The translations under genes and the position numbers were made by a program. Source: an uncultured archaeon (lineage in GTDB: Archaea > Asgardarchaeota > Lokiarchaeia > Sigyniarchaeales > SOKP01). From it: a stretch of 29,581 nt of DNA. Every line of letters starts with the position of its first letter. Positions within the stretch are counted from its first letter, which is position 1. Below are positions 1-8,343 of the stretch, piece after piece. Location: NCBI GenBank assembly GCA_964583985.1, contig CAZOYD010000045.1:1-29581 (forward strand), given 5' to 3'. The notes below the pieces were generated by a model, which did no database searches, was not told the DNA's origin, and saw only the letters and a list, made by a program, of their open reading frames with translations.

Positions 1-240
<240 letters not shown>

Positions 241-255
241 ACGTGATTTGTTATA

Positions 256-265
256 TTTTTATAAA
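256..265 (-). promoter_or_regulatory. Putative TATA box of the rRNA promoter (TTTATAAAAA)
   Basis: Archaeal TATA consensus about 200 nt upstream of the 16S 5' end. The TTTATAAA core is palindromic, so orientation is inferred from context. Confidence 0.45.
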
Positions 266-391
266 GAAGGGATTCATTTTAAATTTTGCCATTTTTTCAC
301 AGTATAGGGGTTTAGTTTTTAATTTTCGTAGTTTAAAAATGTACATTATAATTTAGAATTATAAATTTAATGATTGAGCAGGAAGATAAAA

Positions 392-1393
392 ATGGAATTA
401 AAAGAAAAGATAAGTATTCACTTGGATCAAATAAAGCAACTCAAAGGTGTTGAAAATGCTGTACTAACTCAAAGGGATGGAAATCCCATTCAATCAGCAG
501 GTGTCTGGTTTTCTAAAGATGAGATTTTTAATGTAAGTTCTGCTGCAAGCGCCATATTTAACGTTGGAATTCATCTCCATCCAGATGATTTGAAGTATAT
601 TTTAATAGAAGGTAAAAAAGCAAAAATATTAATTGCTCCCTTAAACAGCCCTTTGCACCATTCATTGAACAAGATACTTGAACAACAAGGAATATTTGAT
701 AACAAACATGAATATTTTATCGCTATTACAGCTCAACCAAATACGAATCTTGGAGGCATTTTTTTACAAACCAGTGAATGTTTGAAAAAAATTAAAACAT
801 CTCTAATAACCTCTGGAGAATCATTTAAACCGCCCTTAGTACAGTTTAATGATGAAAAAATTCAAGATATCATTCGTGGTTTTGATGTAAAAGAAAATGG
901 AGTCTTTGATTTTCAAATCAACTCATTCTCGCTTAGCTTATCTGAATATATCTCTTTAGAGTTAAGAAAGATACTTAATAACTTTTCAGTGGCAGTCCCA
1001 GATATGTCTCATGCATATATAACTCTTGAGGGAGGGTTCATCGCTTCACAAATATTAAATAGAAGTAATAGATTATATAAAAATTTAGATAATATCTCTG
1101 CAATGACTTATTCCTTGTTCCAAACAGCAAACCGTTGTGCATGGCTCTTAAAGAAAATGAATGCCGAAACAATCTTACTTGACTGTGAAAATGCTTTTCA
1201 ATTTATCTATGGTCTTGGAAACGCAATTTTTAGCACTGAAATTGCTAAAGCGAGACAAAAATTAGGGTTGATAAGATTAATCCTTCCACAATTCTCAAAA
1301 AAAATTAGCTATCTCATAAAGGAAGCGTCTCAAATTCAAGATCATAAATCATTCGATATTAGATCATTATTAGGAGAGCTGATAATTAAATAA
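392..1393 (+). CDS. Tandem (double) Roadblock/LC7, MglB-like protein
   Basis: Two Roadblock patterns: GVENAVLTQRDGNPI...SSAASAIF...ILIEGKKAKILI...NLGGIF, and VPDMSHAYITLEGGFIAS...ISAMTYSLF...LLDCENA...KLGLIRL. ATG 392 preferred over the TTG at 374. Confidence 0.88.
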   Translation: MELKEKISIHLDQIKQLKGVENAVLTQRDGNPIQSAGVWFSKDEIFNVSSAASAIFNVGIHLHPDDLKYILIEGKKAKILIAPLNSPLHHSLNKILEQQGIFDNKHEYFIAITAQPNTNLGGIFLQTSECLKKIKTSLITSGESFKPPLVQFNDEKIQDIIRGFDVKENGVFDFQINSFSLSLSEYISLELRKILNNFSVAVPDMSHAYITLEGGFIASQILNRSNRLYKNLDNISAMTYSLFQTANRCAWLLKKMNAETILLDCENAFQFIYGLGNAIFSTEIAKARQKLGLIRLILPQFSKKISYLIKEASQIQDHKSFDIRSLLGELIIK

Positions 1394-1396
1394 CAT

Positions 1397-1404
1397 AAGG
1401 TGAG
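1397..1404 (+). promoter_or_regulatory. Shine-Dalgarno-like site AAGGTGAG
   Basis: GGTGA core 5 nt before ATG 1408, supporting co-transcription with the upstream gene. Confidence 0.6.
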
Positions 1405-1407
1405 TAT

Positions 1408-2304
1408 ATGGATTTTTTTAACCTAATAGAAGATTTAAAGAAATCTGATTCTTCATTAATTTTTTATTGTTTATTGAACAGAATCCCTATCATTATAACT
1501 GGAGAGGATTCTGACATTATCGATAATTTATTAATCGATTTATCGGATTTAATGCATTTCCGAAAAGAGGTTGTTTTTTACACTGATTTTATTTCAAATT
1601 CAGAATATCAAGAGCTTTTAAAAAATGAAGCTATCGATTATAACTCTCAAAGAACTCATATACGATGTTCTTGTGATGTGTCTGGTAAATCCTTGATGGA
1701 AATCGATCAATTCAACTCCTGGATTATGGGTTTTGAACTGGATAATGACAAGCGTAAACTCGAGAATTTTATAAACTTTATAAAAGAAAAAATAGATTTT
1801 TTCTTAAATATTATGATTTTCTCAAAATCTATATCAATTTCCTGTGTAGGTTTAAATCTAAGACAGATAGATCTTACATTTGAGGAAAATATTTTACAAA
1901 AAATTTCACGAGATACGGAAAAAGCTATAGTAAAAATGAAAAGAGTTCTTCTAGAAAAAACTAAACCTGAGAAACTTGATAAAGAACTTATAAGAACTTT
2001 ACTCGATTTTGAAGTTGAAAAGAAAGAATTAAAAAAGAATATTTTAAAAAATGAAATACAAAAATTCTATTCCGGTTCAAAGAGATCATTTTTTATTTTA
2101 TCAAAACTCAGCTTACTAAATAGTTTTGAGATGGCAGTACGAATTGGAAACAAAACATTGCTAGAAATAATTGATTATGATGAGGCTACCATTGGAAGAA
2201 TGGTTTCCTTTATCGAAAAGGAATGGGGAGAGGATTTTTCCAATTTATTTGAAAATGGGAAAAAAGTGAACGCATTGGATAGTATGCAATCATTATGGGG
2301 TTAG
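1408..2304 (+). CDS. Hypothetical protein, possible DENN/folliculin-type core domain
   Basis: 298-aa ORF with SD. LLNRIPIIITGEDSDIIDNLLIDLSDLMH and later SWIMGF resemble the cDENN helix-strand-helix pattern. The ORF is solid; the function is tentative. Confidence 0.55.
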   Translation: MDFFNLIEDLKKSDSSLIFYCLLNRIPIIITGEDSDIIDNLLIDLSDLMHFRKEVVFYTDFISNSEYQELLKNEAIDYNSQRTHIRCSCDVSGKSLMEIDQFNSWIMGFELDNDKRKLENFINFIKEKIDFFLNIMIFSKSISISCVGLNLRQIDLTFEENILQKISRDTEKAIVKMKRVLLEKTKPEKLDKELIRTLLDFEVEKKELKKNILKNEIQKFYSGSKRSFFILSKLSLLNSFEMAVRIGNKTLLEIIDYDEATIGRMVSFIEKEWGEDFSNLFENGKKVNALDSMQSLWG

Positions 2305-2312
2305 TGAAAAAA

Positions 2313-2906
2313 ATGATATATGATTATGAAAATAAGATATTACAAATAAAAATTGTTTATTATGGTCCAGCTATGTCTGGGAAAACGACATCTATTAAAA
2401 AGTTATTTTCACATTTTAACAGACAAAATGATTTAGAATCGATTGATAACTCAGTTGGTAGAACGTTATTTTTTGATTTTGGAGTCTTAAACTTTCGAGG
2501 TGCGGAATGGGGATTAAAATTTTTGATATATTCAGCTACAGGACAAGATTTCTATGCTAGCACTCGACCAGCAACACTTAATGGCGTTGATGGTATAATA
2601 TTTATCGTTGATTCTCATACAAGTTGTCTAAGACATAACCTAAGATCATGGAAGGAATTAAATACGATGCTTGGTTCTGAGTTTTTCAATATTCCTGTGG
2701 TAATATGTATGAATAAAGATGACATTAATAATGATACTAAGATGAGTGAAATAGAGTTTAAAGATCATATAGATATTAATACTCTTAAAAATGTATACGT
2801 TCAAAAAACTGCAGCTATTAGAGGATATGGAATAATAGAAGCATTTAATCGAATGATTAAATTTATTTTTCCTCAGTTAACCTTAAATATGAACATGACT
2901 AATTAA
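2313..2906 (+). CDS. MglA-like small GTPase
   Basis: IKIVYYGPAMSGKTT (G1), GRTLFFDF (switch I with Arg), ATGQ (G3), GVDGIIFIVDS, NKDD (G4), TAA (G5). ATG 2313 fits MglA N-terminal length better than 2295. Confidence 0.9.
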   Translation: MIYDYENKILQIKIVYYGPAMSGKTTSIKKLFSHFNRQNDLESIDNSVGRTLFFDFGVLNFRGAEWGLKFLIYSATGQDFYASTRPATLNGVDGIIFIVDSHTSCLRHNLRSWKELNTMLGSEFFNIPVVICMNKDDINNDTKMSEIEFKDHIDINTLKNVYVQKTAAIRGYGIIEAFNRMIKFIFPQLTLNMNMTN

Positions 2907-2907
2907 A

Positions 2908-3090
2908 TTATTTTTCAATTTTCTGATACATATTTTTAGAGATCCGCTTTATATAACCTTGTTTATAAAATTGGTTTAATAAATTCCTTACTTTTCGAAC
3001 TTCTTGCGCTTCGATTCTTAATGCATCCATTAATTGGAAAATCGAAAATTGGTTAGGTATTTCATTTTTAATTGTATTATAAGTTCCCAA
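2908..3090 (-). CDS. Small winged-helix protein
   Basis: 60 aa, TTG start. FSIFQLMDAL...VRNLLNQFYKQGYIKRISKNMYQK is a typical recognition helix plus beta wing. Confidence 0.65.
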   Translation of the reverse strand: MGTYNTIKNEIPNQFSIFQLMDALRIEAQEVRKVRNLLNQFYKQGYIKRISKNMYQKIEK

Positions 3091-3369
3091 AAAATTTCAC
3101 TTTTCAACGTATATTATATATTAAGGATAATGTAAGAAAATATAAATAAATTTTTAAATATACACAAAAGTTATTAGAAATTGTTATTGGTTTTCATAAT
3201 CCTCAACGTAACTATAATTTATCATTCCTATTTTATAGGTCATTTAATTATATAATTTTCATAGGATTTTTACAACCAAAGGGAATTCCTCAAATATTAT
3301 TATAAAAACATTTAGGATGCTAACTATATTTTTCTATTTATTATTTTACCCAATAAAGATAAACCTTTA

Positions 3370-4125
3370 TCAAAATTTAGGACTCTCTTTCCTAAAACTA
3401 TCCCCTATAGGCGCTTTTCCATCTCCATATATTTGATACAGACCGATTCTCCTTGCGCATTCACTAAAACTACGATAAACATCTCTTTGTTTTTCATATA
3501 ATGCACATGTTTTATATATTATTGGATTCCAAGTAGATAATTCATTATCTGGAGTGAACCATAGCTTTTCTTCTTTTAATATTTGTTTAAAATCTTCTTC
3601 TCCAATTATCTCGTTTAAATCTTGTTTATTTAACATTATAACTAAGGGAATTTGCTTAATTAATCTGCATTCTGGAGATTTTTTTGTCCCGTATTGAGAA
3701 ATTCCTGAGGAGTTCTGGTTATTTATTTCCTTTTCTTCCACAAATGTGGTAACTTTTTTTAATTCTTTAAGTGATTCTATATTATCTTCAAAAAAGTGAG
3801 TTTGAGAATCAACTACGAATATAACTCCATCAGTTCCTTTAAAAATTCGCTCTCTTAAAGGTGAAAAACGACTTTGTCCTGCTACAGTATATACATGGTA
3901 AAAAACTTTATTTTGTTTGGTGGATTGAAAAAATCCTCTATCAAAATACAATGTAGAACCACTAGCCATACAAATTTTTTTTAATTCTGCAACAGGAGTA
4001 ATATCTTTATCTTGTTCTCTTGTAAGTCTATATAAAGTATCAACAACTGTTGTTTTCCCTGATCCTCCCATACCCCAGTAGAGGATTTTAATGTATATCT
4101 TATGATCTGGCAGAAATCGAACCAT
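3370..4125 (-). CDS. Second MglA-like small GTPase
   Basis: IKILYWGMGGSGKTT, STLYFD, YTVAGQ, GTDGVIFVVDSQ, NKQD, TCA. Strong SD (AAGGAGG) upstream of the ATG. Confidence 0.9.
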   Translation of the reverse strand: MVRFLPDHKIYIKILYWGMGGSGKTTVVDTLYRLTREQDKDITPVAELKKICMASGSTLYFDRGFFQSTKQNKVFYHVYTVAGQSRFSPLRERIFKGTDGVIFVVDSQTHFFEDNIESLKELKKVTTFVEEKEINNQNSSGISQYGTKKSPECRLIKQIPLVIMLNKQDLNEIIGEEDFKQILKEEKLWFTPDNELSTWNPIIYKTCALYEKQRDVYRSFSECARRIGLYQIYGDGKAPIGDSFRKESPKF

Positions 4126-4327
4126 TAAAGCGCCTCCTTAAAATAAAATTTTATCATCTAATTAGTCTAATATTAGATTTACATAATCAAAATTATTATT
4201 TAATAATAAGTTCTTTTAAACTTTATCATTTGATATTAATAAGTAATAATAGAATCAAACATTTATAATTCTTTTTCAGAAAACTCAGTTCATTAATTAT
4301 TTGGAAAATAACTTTATTATACTTTTT

Positions 4328-4564
4328 CTAAAAGTCAACTAAATAATTTCCTTTTCTAATATGATAATTACACCAGATAATTAGTTGATTATAACTTTCT
4401 CCGCAAAATTCTTTACGTATGATGACATTAATAATATCAGAATACATAATTGGGCGATTCTCTTTGATTATCTTCTTTAATTGGGTATATAATTCCTTTA
4501 ATAAGTCCATATTTTCTATTGGAATGTTTTCTATAAATTTTATTTTTTCATATATTTTATTCAT
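4328..4564 (-). CDS. Hypothetical 78-aa helical protein
   Basis: ATG start preceded by GGAGTGA; plausible composition; no recognisable family. Confidence 0.55.
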   Translation of the reverse strand: MNKIYEKIKFIENIPIENMDLLKELYTQLKKIIKENRPIMYSDIINVIIRKEFCGESYNQLIIWCNYHIRKGNYLVDF

Positions 4565-4801
4565 AAAAGATTCACTCCATTCTGATAATTGTTTTATTTG
4601 TAATTAATCAAATATCTTTTCAGTTGAACAATATAAAGTCCAATTTTTTTATTTTCAACTAACCCTCTCTGATAGTATCCAGAGTTCATTTCTATTCAGA
4701 AGTATTGAGAGTTCTAATCTTCGAATCCTTGATATGGATTATTCAAATAAAGGGATTTAAAATTTTATACTTTAAACCCTAAAAGTTAAAGGTGACAAAC
4801 T

Positions 4802-5827
4802 ATCATAAATAGAACATATTATCAAAAAAATTTTAAAGAATTATGTCCTGAATGTAGTGGAAAGATTATAAATACTAGTTACGAAATGATATGCAAGGAA
4901 TGTGGATTAGTTTTAGATAATTTATTCAAGGAATCTTCCTATGTTTTTAACAATACTGATGCAAAAAGTAATTTAAATAAACAATATGTTGCATTAGGCA
5001 ATAGATCTGACTTTATAGGCGGATTAGGTACCTTTATAGATTATGAAAATTCAAAATATCTTAAGGATAAATTTGGGAGATTACTACCCCCTCAAGAGCA
5101 AAAATTATACAGAAGACTTAAGAAAAATTATTCTCAATTCCTAAGGATTAAAAATCATGAAACGGAATACAGGATTTTTAATATTTTAAATAAGATTGCG
5201 TTATATCTTAATTTAAATCGAAATATTCGAAATAACGCCGCATATTACTACAAGAAAATCATAAAAAATGAGGAAAAAGTAATAAATAACATTTCGTTAA
5301 TCGCTTTTTGTATTTTTTATGCTGCTAGAAAAGAGCACCACAATGCACCATTAACAATCAATGAAATTTCAAATGCATTTCAAAATTTTGGACATCGAGT
5401 TAATCCAAGGCTAATTTTAAGAGATGGCATTAAATATAAGAAATATTTGAATAATCAAACAATACCACATAAAAGCGAAGATTATTTAATCAGGTTAATT
5501 AATGAAATTATTAATCATAAAGAACTTGAAAGTCGTTTTATAAGTAAAGGCATTAATTGGTCTAAAGAGCAGTTTCAAAATCATTTAACACTTAAATGCC
5601 GAGAAGTATTAAATAAATTATCTGTTTGGCATCGTGGAGGTAGAAATCCATTCATCTTGACGGGAGCAATAATCTATTTAGCTGATAAGCTTCTAGCGAG
5701 AGAATTCAATCAAAAAGCGATTTTAACTCAAAAACTGATTTCAGAAGCAACTAGTATAGCAGAATATTCAATACGAGATCATTATGTTAATTTATTAAAA
5801 CCGAACTTTTTCAATAAAGATTGCTAA
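4802..5827 (+). CDS. Divergent TFB/TFIIB-family protein (Zn ribbon plus two cyclin folds)
   Basis: In-frame CPECSG (4844-4861)...ICKECG Zn ribbon, cyclin repeats, GRNP motif and C-terminal TQKLISEATSIAEYSIRDHY helix-turn-helix. Start extended upstream of the track's ATG 4886 (see findings). Confidence 0.82.
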   Translation: MINRTYYQKNFKELCPECSGKIINTSYEMICKECGLVLDNLFKESSYVFNNTDAKSNLNKQYVALGNRSDFIGGLGTFIDYENSKYLKDKFGRLLPPQEQKLYRRLKKNYSQFLRIKNHETEYRIFNILNKIALYLNLNRNIRNNAAYYYKKIIKNEEKVINNISLIAFCIFYAARKEHHNAPLTINEISNAFQNFGHRVNPRLILRDGIKYKKYLNNQTIPHKSEDYLIRLINEIINHKELESRFISKGINWSKEQFQNHLTLKCREVLNKLSVWHRGGRNPFILTGAIIYLADKLLAREFNQKAILTQKLISEATSIAEYSIRDHYVNLLKPNFFNKDC

Positions 5828-6053
5828 TAATGCTCAAATAGAACCTTATTATTTTCTTTTTCATAATTTTTAAAATAAATTTTATGATATTAGGATTAAA
5901 CTTTCATAGATACTTATTATCAACTCTTAAAAATTAATATCCTAATCTTCCTTTTAAAATTAAAGAAAGAAATTGACGATACCAAAAACATTATTTTATT
6001 AAAATTATTAAAAGAATTAATATAAAATATATTATGTGCTATTTATTTAAATT

Positions 6054-6160
6054 GCTTCCGTAGTGTAGTCCGGTCAAATTAAACCTTAAATAACTTACGG
6101 AAAGACTAAGCATGCGAGGCTCTCACCCTCGTGACCCGGGTTCGAATCCCGGCGGAAGCA
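6054..6160 (+). tRNA. tRNA-Glu(CTC) with 32-nt intron at position 21/22 (intron 6078-6109)
   Basis: Acceptor GCTTCCG/CGGAAGC, anticodon arm CGAGG-CTCTCAC-CCTCG, T arm CCGGG-TTCGAAT-CCCGG. The D arm (GTGT/GCAT) is restored by removing 6078-6109. No encoded CCA. Confidence 0.93.
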
Positions 6161-6196
6161 TTATGATTACAGCTTGACTCATTATTCAACTATCTT

Positions 6197-6550
6197 TTAA
6201 ATCCTTTCATATAGATCCAAAAGTTTTTGTAGTAAATTTAAATATACTTCAATATTTGTTATTTGACTTTCATTTTTTATAATTTCAGAAATTTCTTGTA
6301 TTTTAAACGAAAGTATTTTTTTTAGACTAATTAAACTACTATCATCAAGTTTTCTATTTGAATCATCATTTTCATTTAAATATTTCTTATTTAACTTCAA
6401 GGATTCATCCGATAATTTATCATCAAATATTACGGGTCTATCACATATTGGGCAAAACATTTCACCGTTTTTCTTTTTAAAAATAGGATTATTACATACA
6501 GGACAGGATAAATTTAACATTTTATGACCTGATCTCAACATATTTGCCAT
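6197..6550 (-). CDS. UPF0148 / Sjogren-scleroderma autoantigen p27-family Zn-ribbon protein
   Basis: MANMLRSGHKMLNLSCPVCNNPIF...FCPICD matches the family's M-x-x-L-L-x-G-x-x-M-L-x-x-x-CPxC...CPxC pattern. Confidence 0.8.
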   Translation of the reverse strand: MANMLRSGHKMLNLSCPVCNNPIFKKKNGEMFCPICDRPVIFDDKLSDESLKLNKKYLNENDDSNRKLDDSSLISLKKILSFKIQEISEIIKNESQITNIEVYLNLLQKLLDLYERI

Positions 6551-6639
6551 TTTCTTTGTGTCTTGTTGAATCTTTCTCTCATCTCTTAAACAACATTTGA
6601 TATTTTTAAGTTATAAGGAAATTAATCTAAGTTAAATGA

Positions 6640-6834
6640 TTATTCTTTTTCTCTTATCTTCAATAAAGTTACTATATATCCGGAAATCCGATTTCGTAAA
6701 TGTTTTGAATCAGCTTCAATGAATTTATCTAATAATTTCTTATTATATTCAAAATCAGTTGTAAATACATCTGGATATTTATTAATTAATTCTTTTGATA
6801 CATTTTTAATTAAAATAGTTCGAACTTTTCCCAT
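6640..6834 (-). CDS. rps17e: 30S ribosomal protein S17e
   Basis: MGKVRT...FTTDFEYNKK...SKHLRNRISGYIV signature. Confidence 0.96.
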   Translation of the reverse strand: MGKVRTILIKNVSKELINKYPDVFTTDFEYNKKLLDKFIEADSKHLRNRISGYIVTLLKIREKE

Positions 6835-6941
6835 AATCTCATCTCAAGTTTTATTTATTAATCTACTTCAAATAGTTATTTCCAAAATAAATTTTTTTTG
6901 GATTTTGTATGACTTTTTATTCTTTGATTTGAATAAATTAC

Positions 6942-8144
6942 GTGTTTAGAAAAAATATATTTTTGGCTTTTTTATGCATTGGCCTAGTTTTTTTGTTTAT
7001 TCCTCAATTCACATTAGGATGGCCTATTTGGGATATAATATCCCTTCAATCAGATAAAGATACTTATTACAACTATGAAAATATGGAAATTAATGCGTCA
7101 TGGTATTTGTATTATGATAACCCAGAGATAGATTTCGTGCAAATTCATCTCTTAAATGAATCTGAGGATATTATTTGGAAATCACCAATATATAATAATA
7201 CAGGATATAATAATGATAATTGGATAATTTATATCCCTAATTTAAATATTAAAATTAAAAATGACTCTACGTTAATATTTGTAAAAGTTTGGATTTCTTA
7301 CTTTAATCATGTTCATGGATATACATATGACTTGGAATTCCTCTCCATTAAAATATTAAAAGCAAATGTTACTTGTGAATTATATGGATTTAAAAACTCT
7401 ATGACTTATGGCGAAAAAATTTCATTTATAGCTAAATTTTTTGAAAAAAATAATAGTTTACTTTTAATTAATACAACTATTAAGTTTCAGATCGAATTTA
7501 AGTTAGCGATCTTGTATCAATTTGAATTTGAGACTAATTTATCAGGTTGTATTTCTGTAAATATCTCCACAATCTCACATTTATCAATTGGAGTGAACAA
7601 TTTGAAATTTTTAATTATAGGGCATGAGATATATAATAATTCTCAATTTTCTTATAAATTAAGAGTAGAAAAAATACAAATATGCGGGGAAATAATTAAT
7701 ATTAAGGGAATTGATAAGAATAGGGGAACAATTGAATTAGAAAGTAATTTTTATTACTTTTTCAATGAAAGTATAATTCCTTTAGACAATTCTCTAGTCT
7801 TAGCGCATATATATCAAGGAAATTCACTAAAATATTCAAAAATCTTGAATACTAATATTGTAGGGTCAACTGTATTCACCTTTTCGCTTGGATCAATTAA
7901 TCTAGAAAAAATTTACACGAAAGTGAATATTACGATTATTTATAATGGTACTCAATATCTAAATAGCAAAATTTTATCAAGAACTATTACTATAAATGAA
8001 TATTTGTATCAAAATGCTTTAGATGCTATGGAGTTAATATATTTATCCAGTTTCTTCTGTTCAATGATTATATTCGGACTCATAGTTGTTAATAAAAGAA
8101 GAAAAAATGAGAAAAACTTAGCACACCTTTGTATCAAAATCTAA
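6942..8144 (+). CDS. Secreted, C-terminally anchored surface protein (beta-rich, Ig-like repeats)
   Basis: N-terminal signal peptide, beta-strand-rich body with many N-x-S/T sequons, YNGTQY motif, and C-terminal TM helix followed by a basic KRRK tail. Confidence 0.7.
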   Translation: MFRKNIFLAFLCIGLVFLFIPQFTLGWPIWDIISLQSDKDTYYNYENMEINASWYLYYDNPEIDFVQIHLLNESEDIIWKSPIYNNTGYNNDNWIIYIPNLNIKIKNDSTLIFVKVWISYFNHVHGYTYDLEFLSIKILKANVTCELYGFKNSMTYGEKISFIAKFFEKNNSLLLINTTIKFQIEFKLAILYQFEFETNLSGCISVNISTISHLSIGVNNLKFLIIGHEIYNNSQFSYKLRVEKIQICGEIINIKGIDKNRGTIELESNFYYFFNESIIPLDNSLVLAHIYQGNSLKYSKILNTNIVGSTVFTFSLGSINLEKIYTKVNITIIYNGTQYLNSKILSRTITINEYLYQNALDAMELIYLSSFFCSMIIFGLIVVNKRRKNEKNLAHLCIKI

Positions 8145-8343
8145 ATTACAAATCATATTAACCGACAAAAAAAACAGGTATACAATATATGCAAGATTCT
8201 TCATACCACGATAAATCTATAGATTATAATGGTTATTTTTATCATAATTAGGCTTATTCTTACAAGTTCATAATATAAAAAATTATGACTCTGTTTTTGA
8301 TTATAAACAATCATCATCTTATTTCTAATATTAAATTTTTTGG

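Noticed and set aside
4419-4607. 62-aa plus-strand ORF
   Set aside because: Antisense shadow of 4328-4564, which has the better SD and composition.
4661-4713. SECIS or H/ACA identity for the intergenic hairpin
   Set aside because: The ATGA...GA spacing leaves no apical stem, no ACA tail is positioned correctly, and no neighbouring gene shows an in-frame Sec TGA.
6719-6949. 76-aa plus-strand ORF
   Set aside because: Antisense to rps17e; no motif.
8145-8343. Replication origin upstream of cdc6
   Set aside because: AT-rich with one palindrome (AATCTATAGATT), but I see no repeated ORB-like (TCCA-x-TGGA plus G-string) elements. It cannot be supported.
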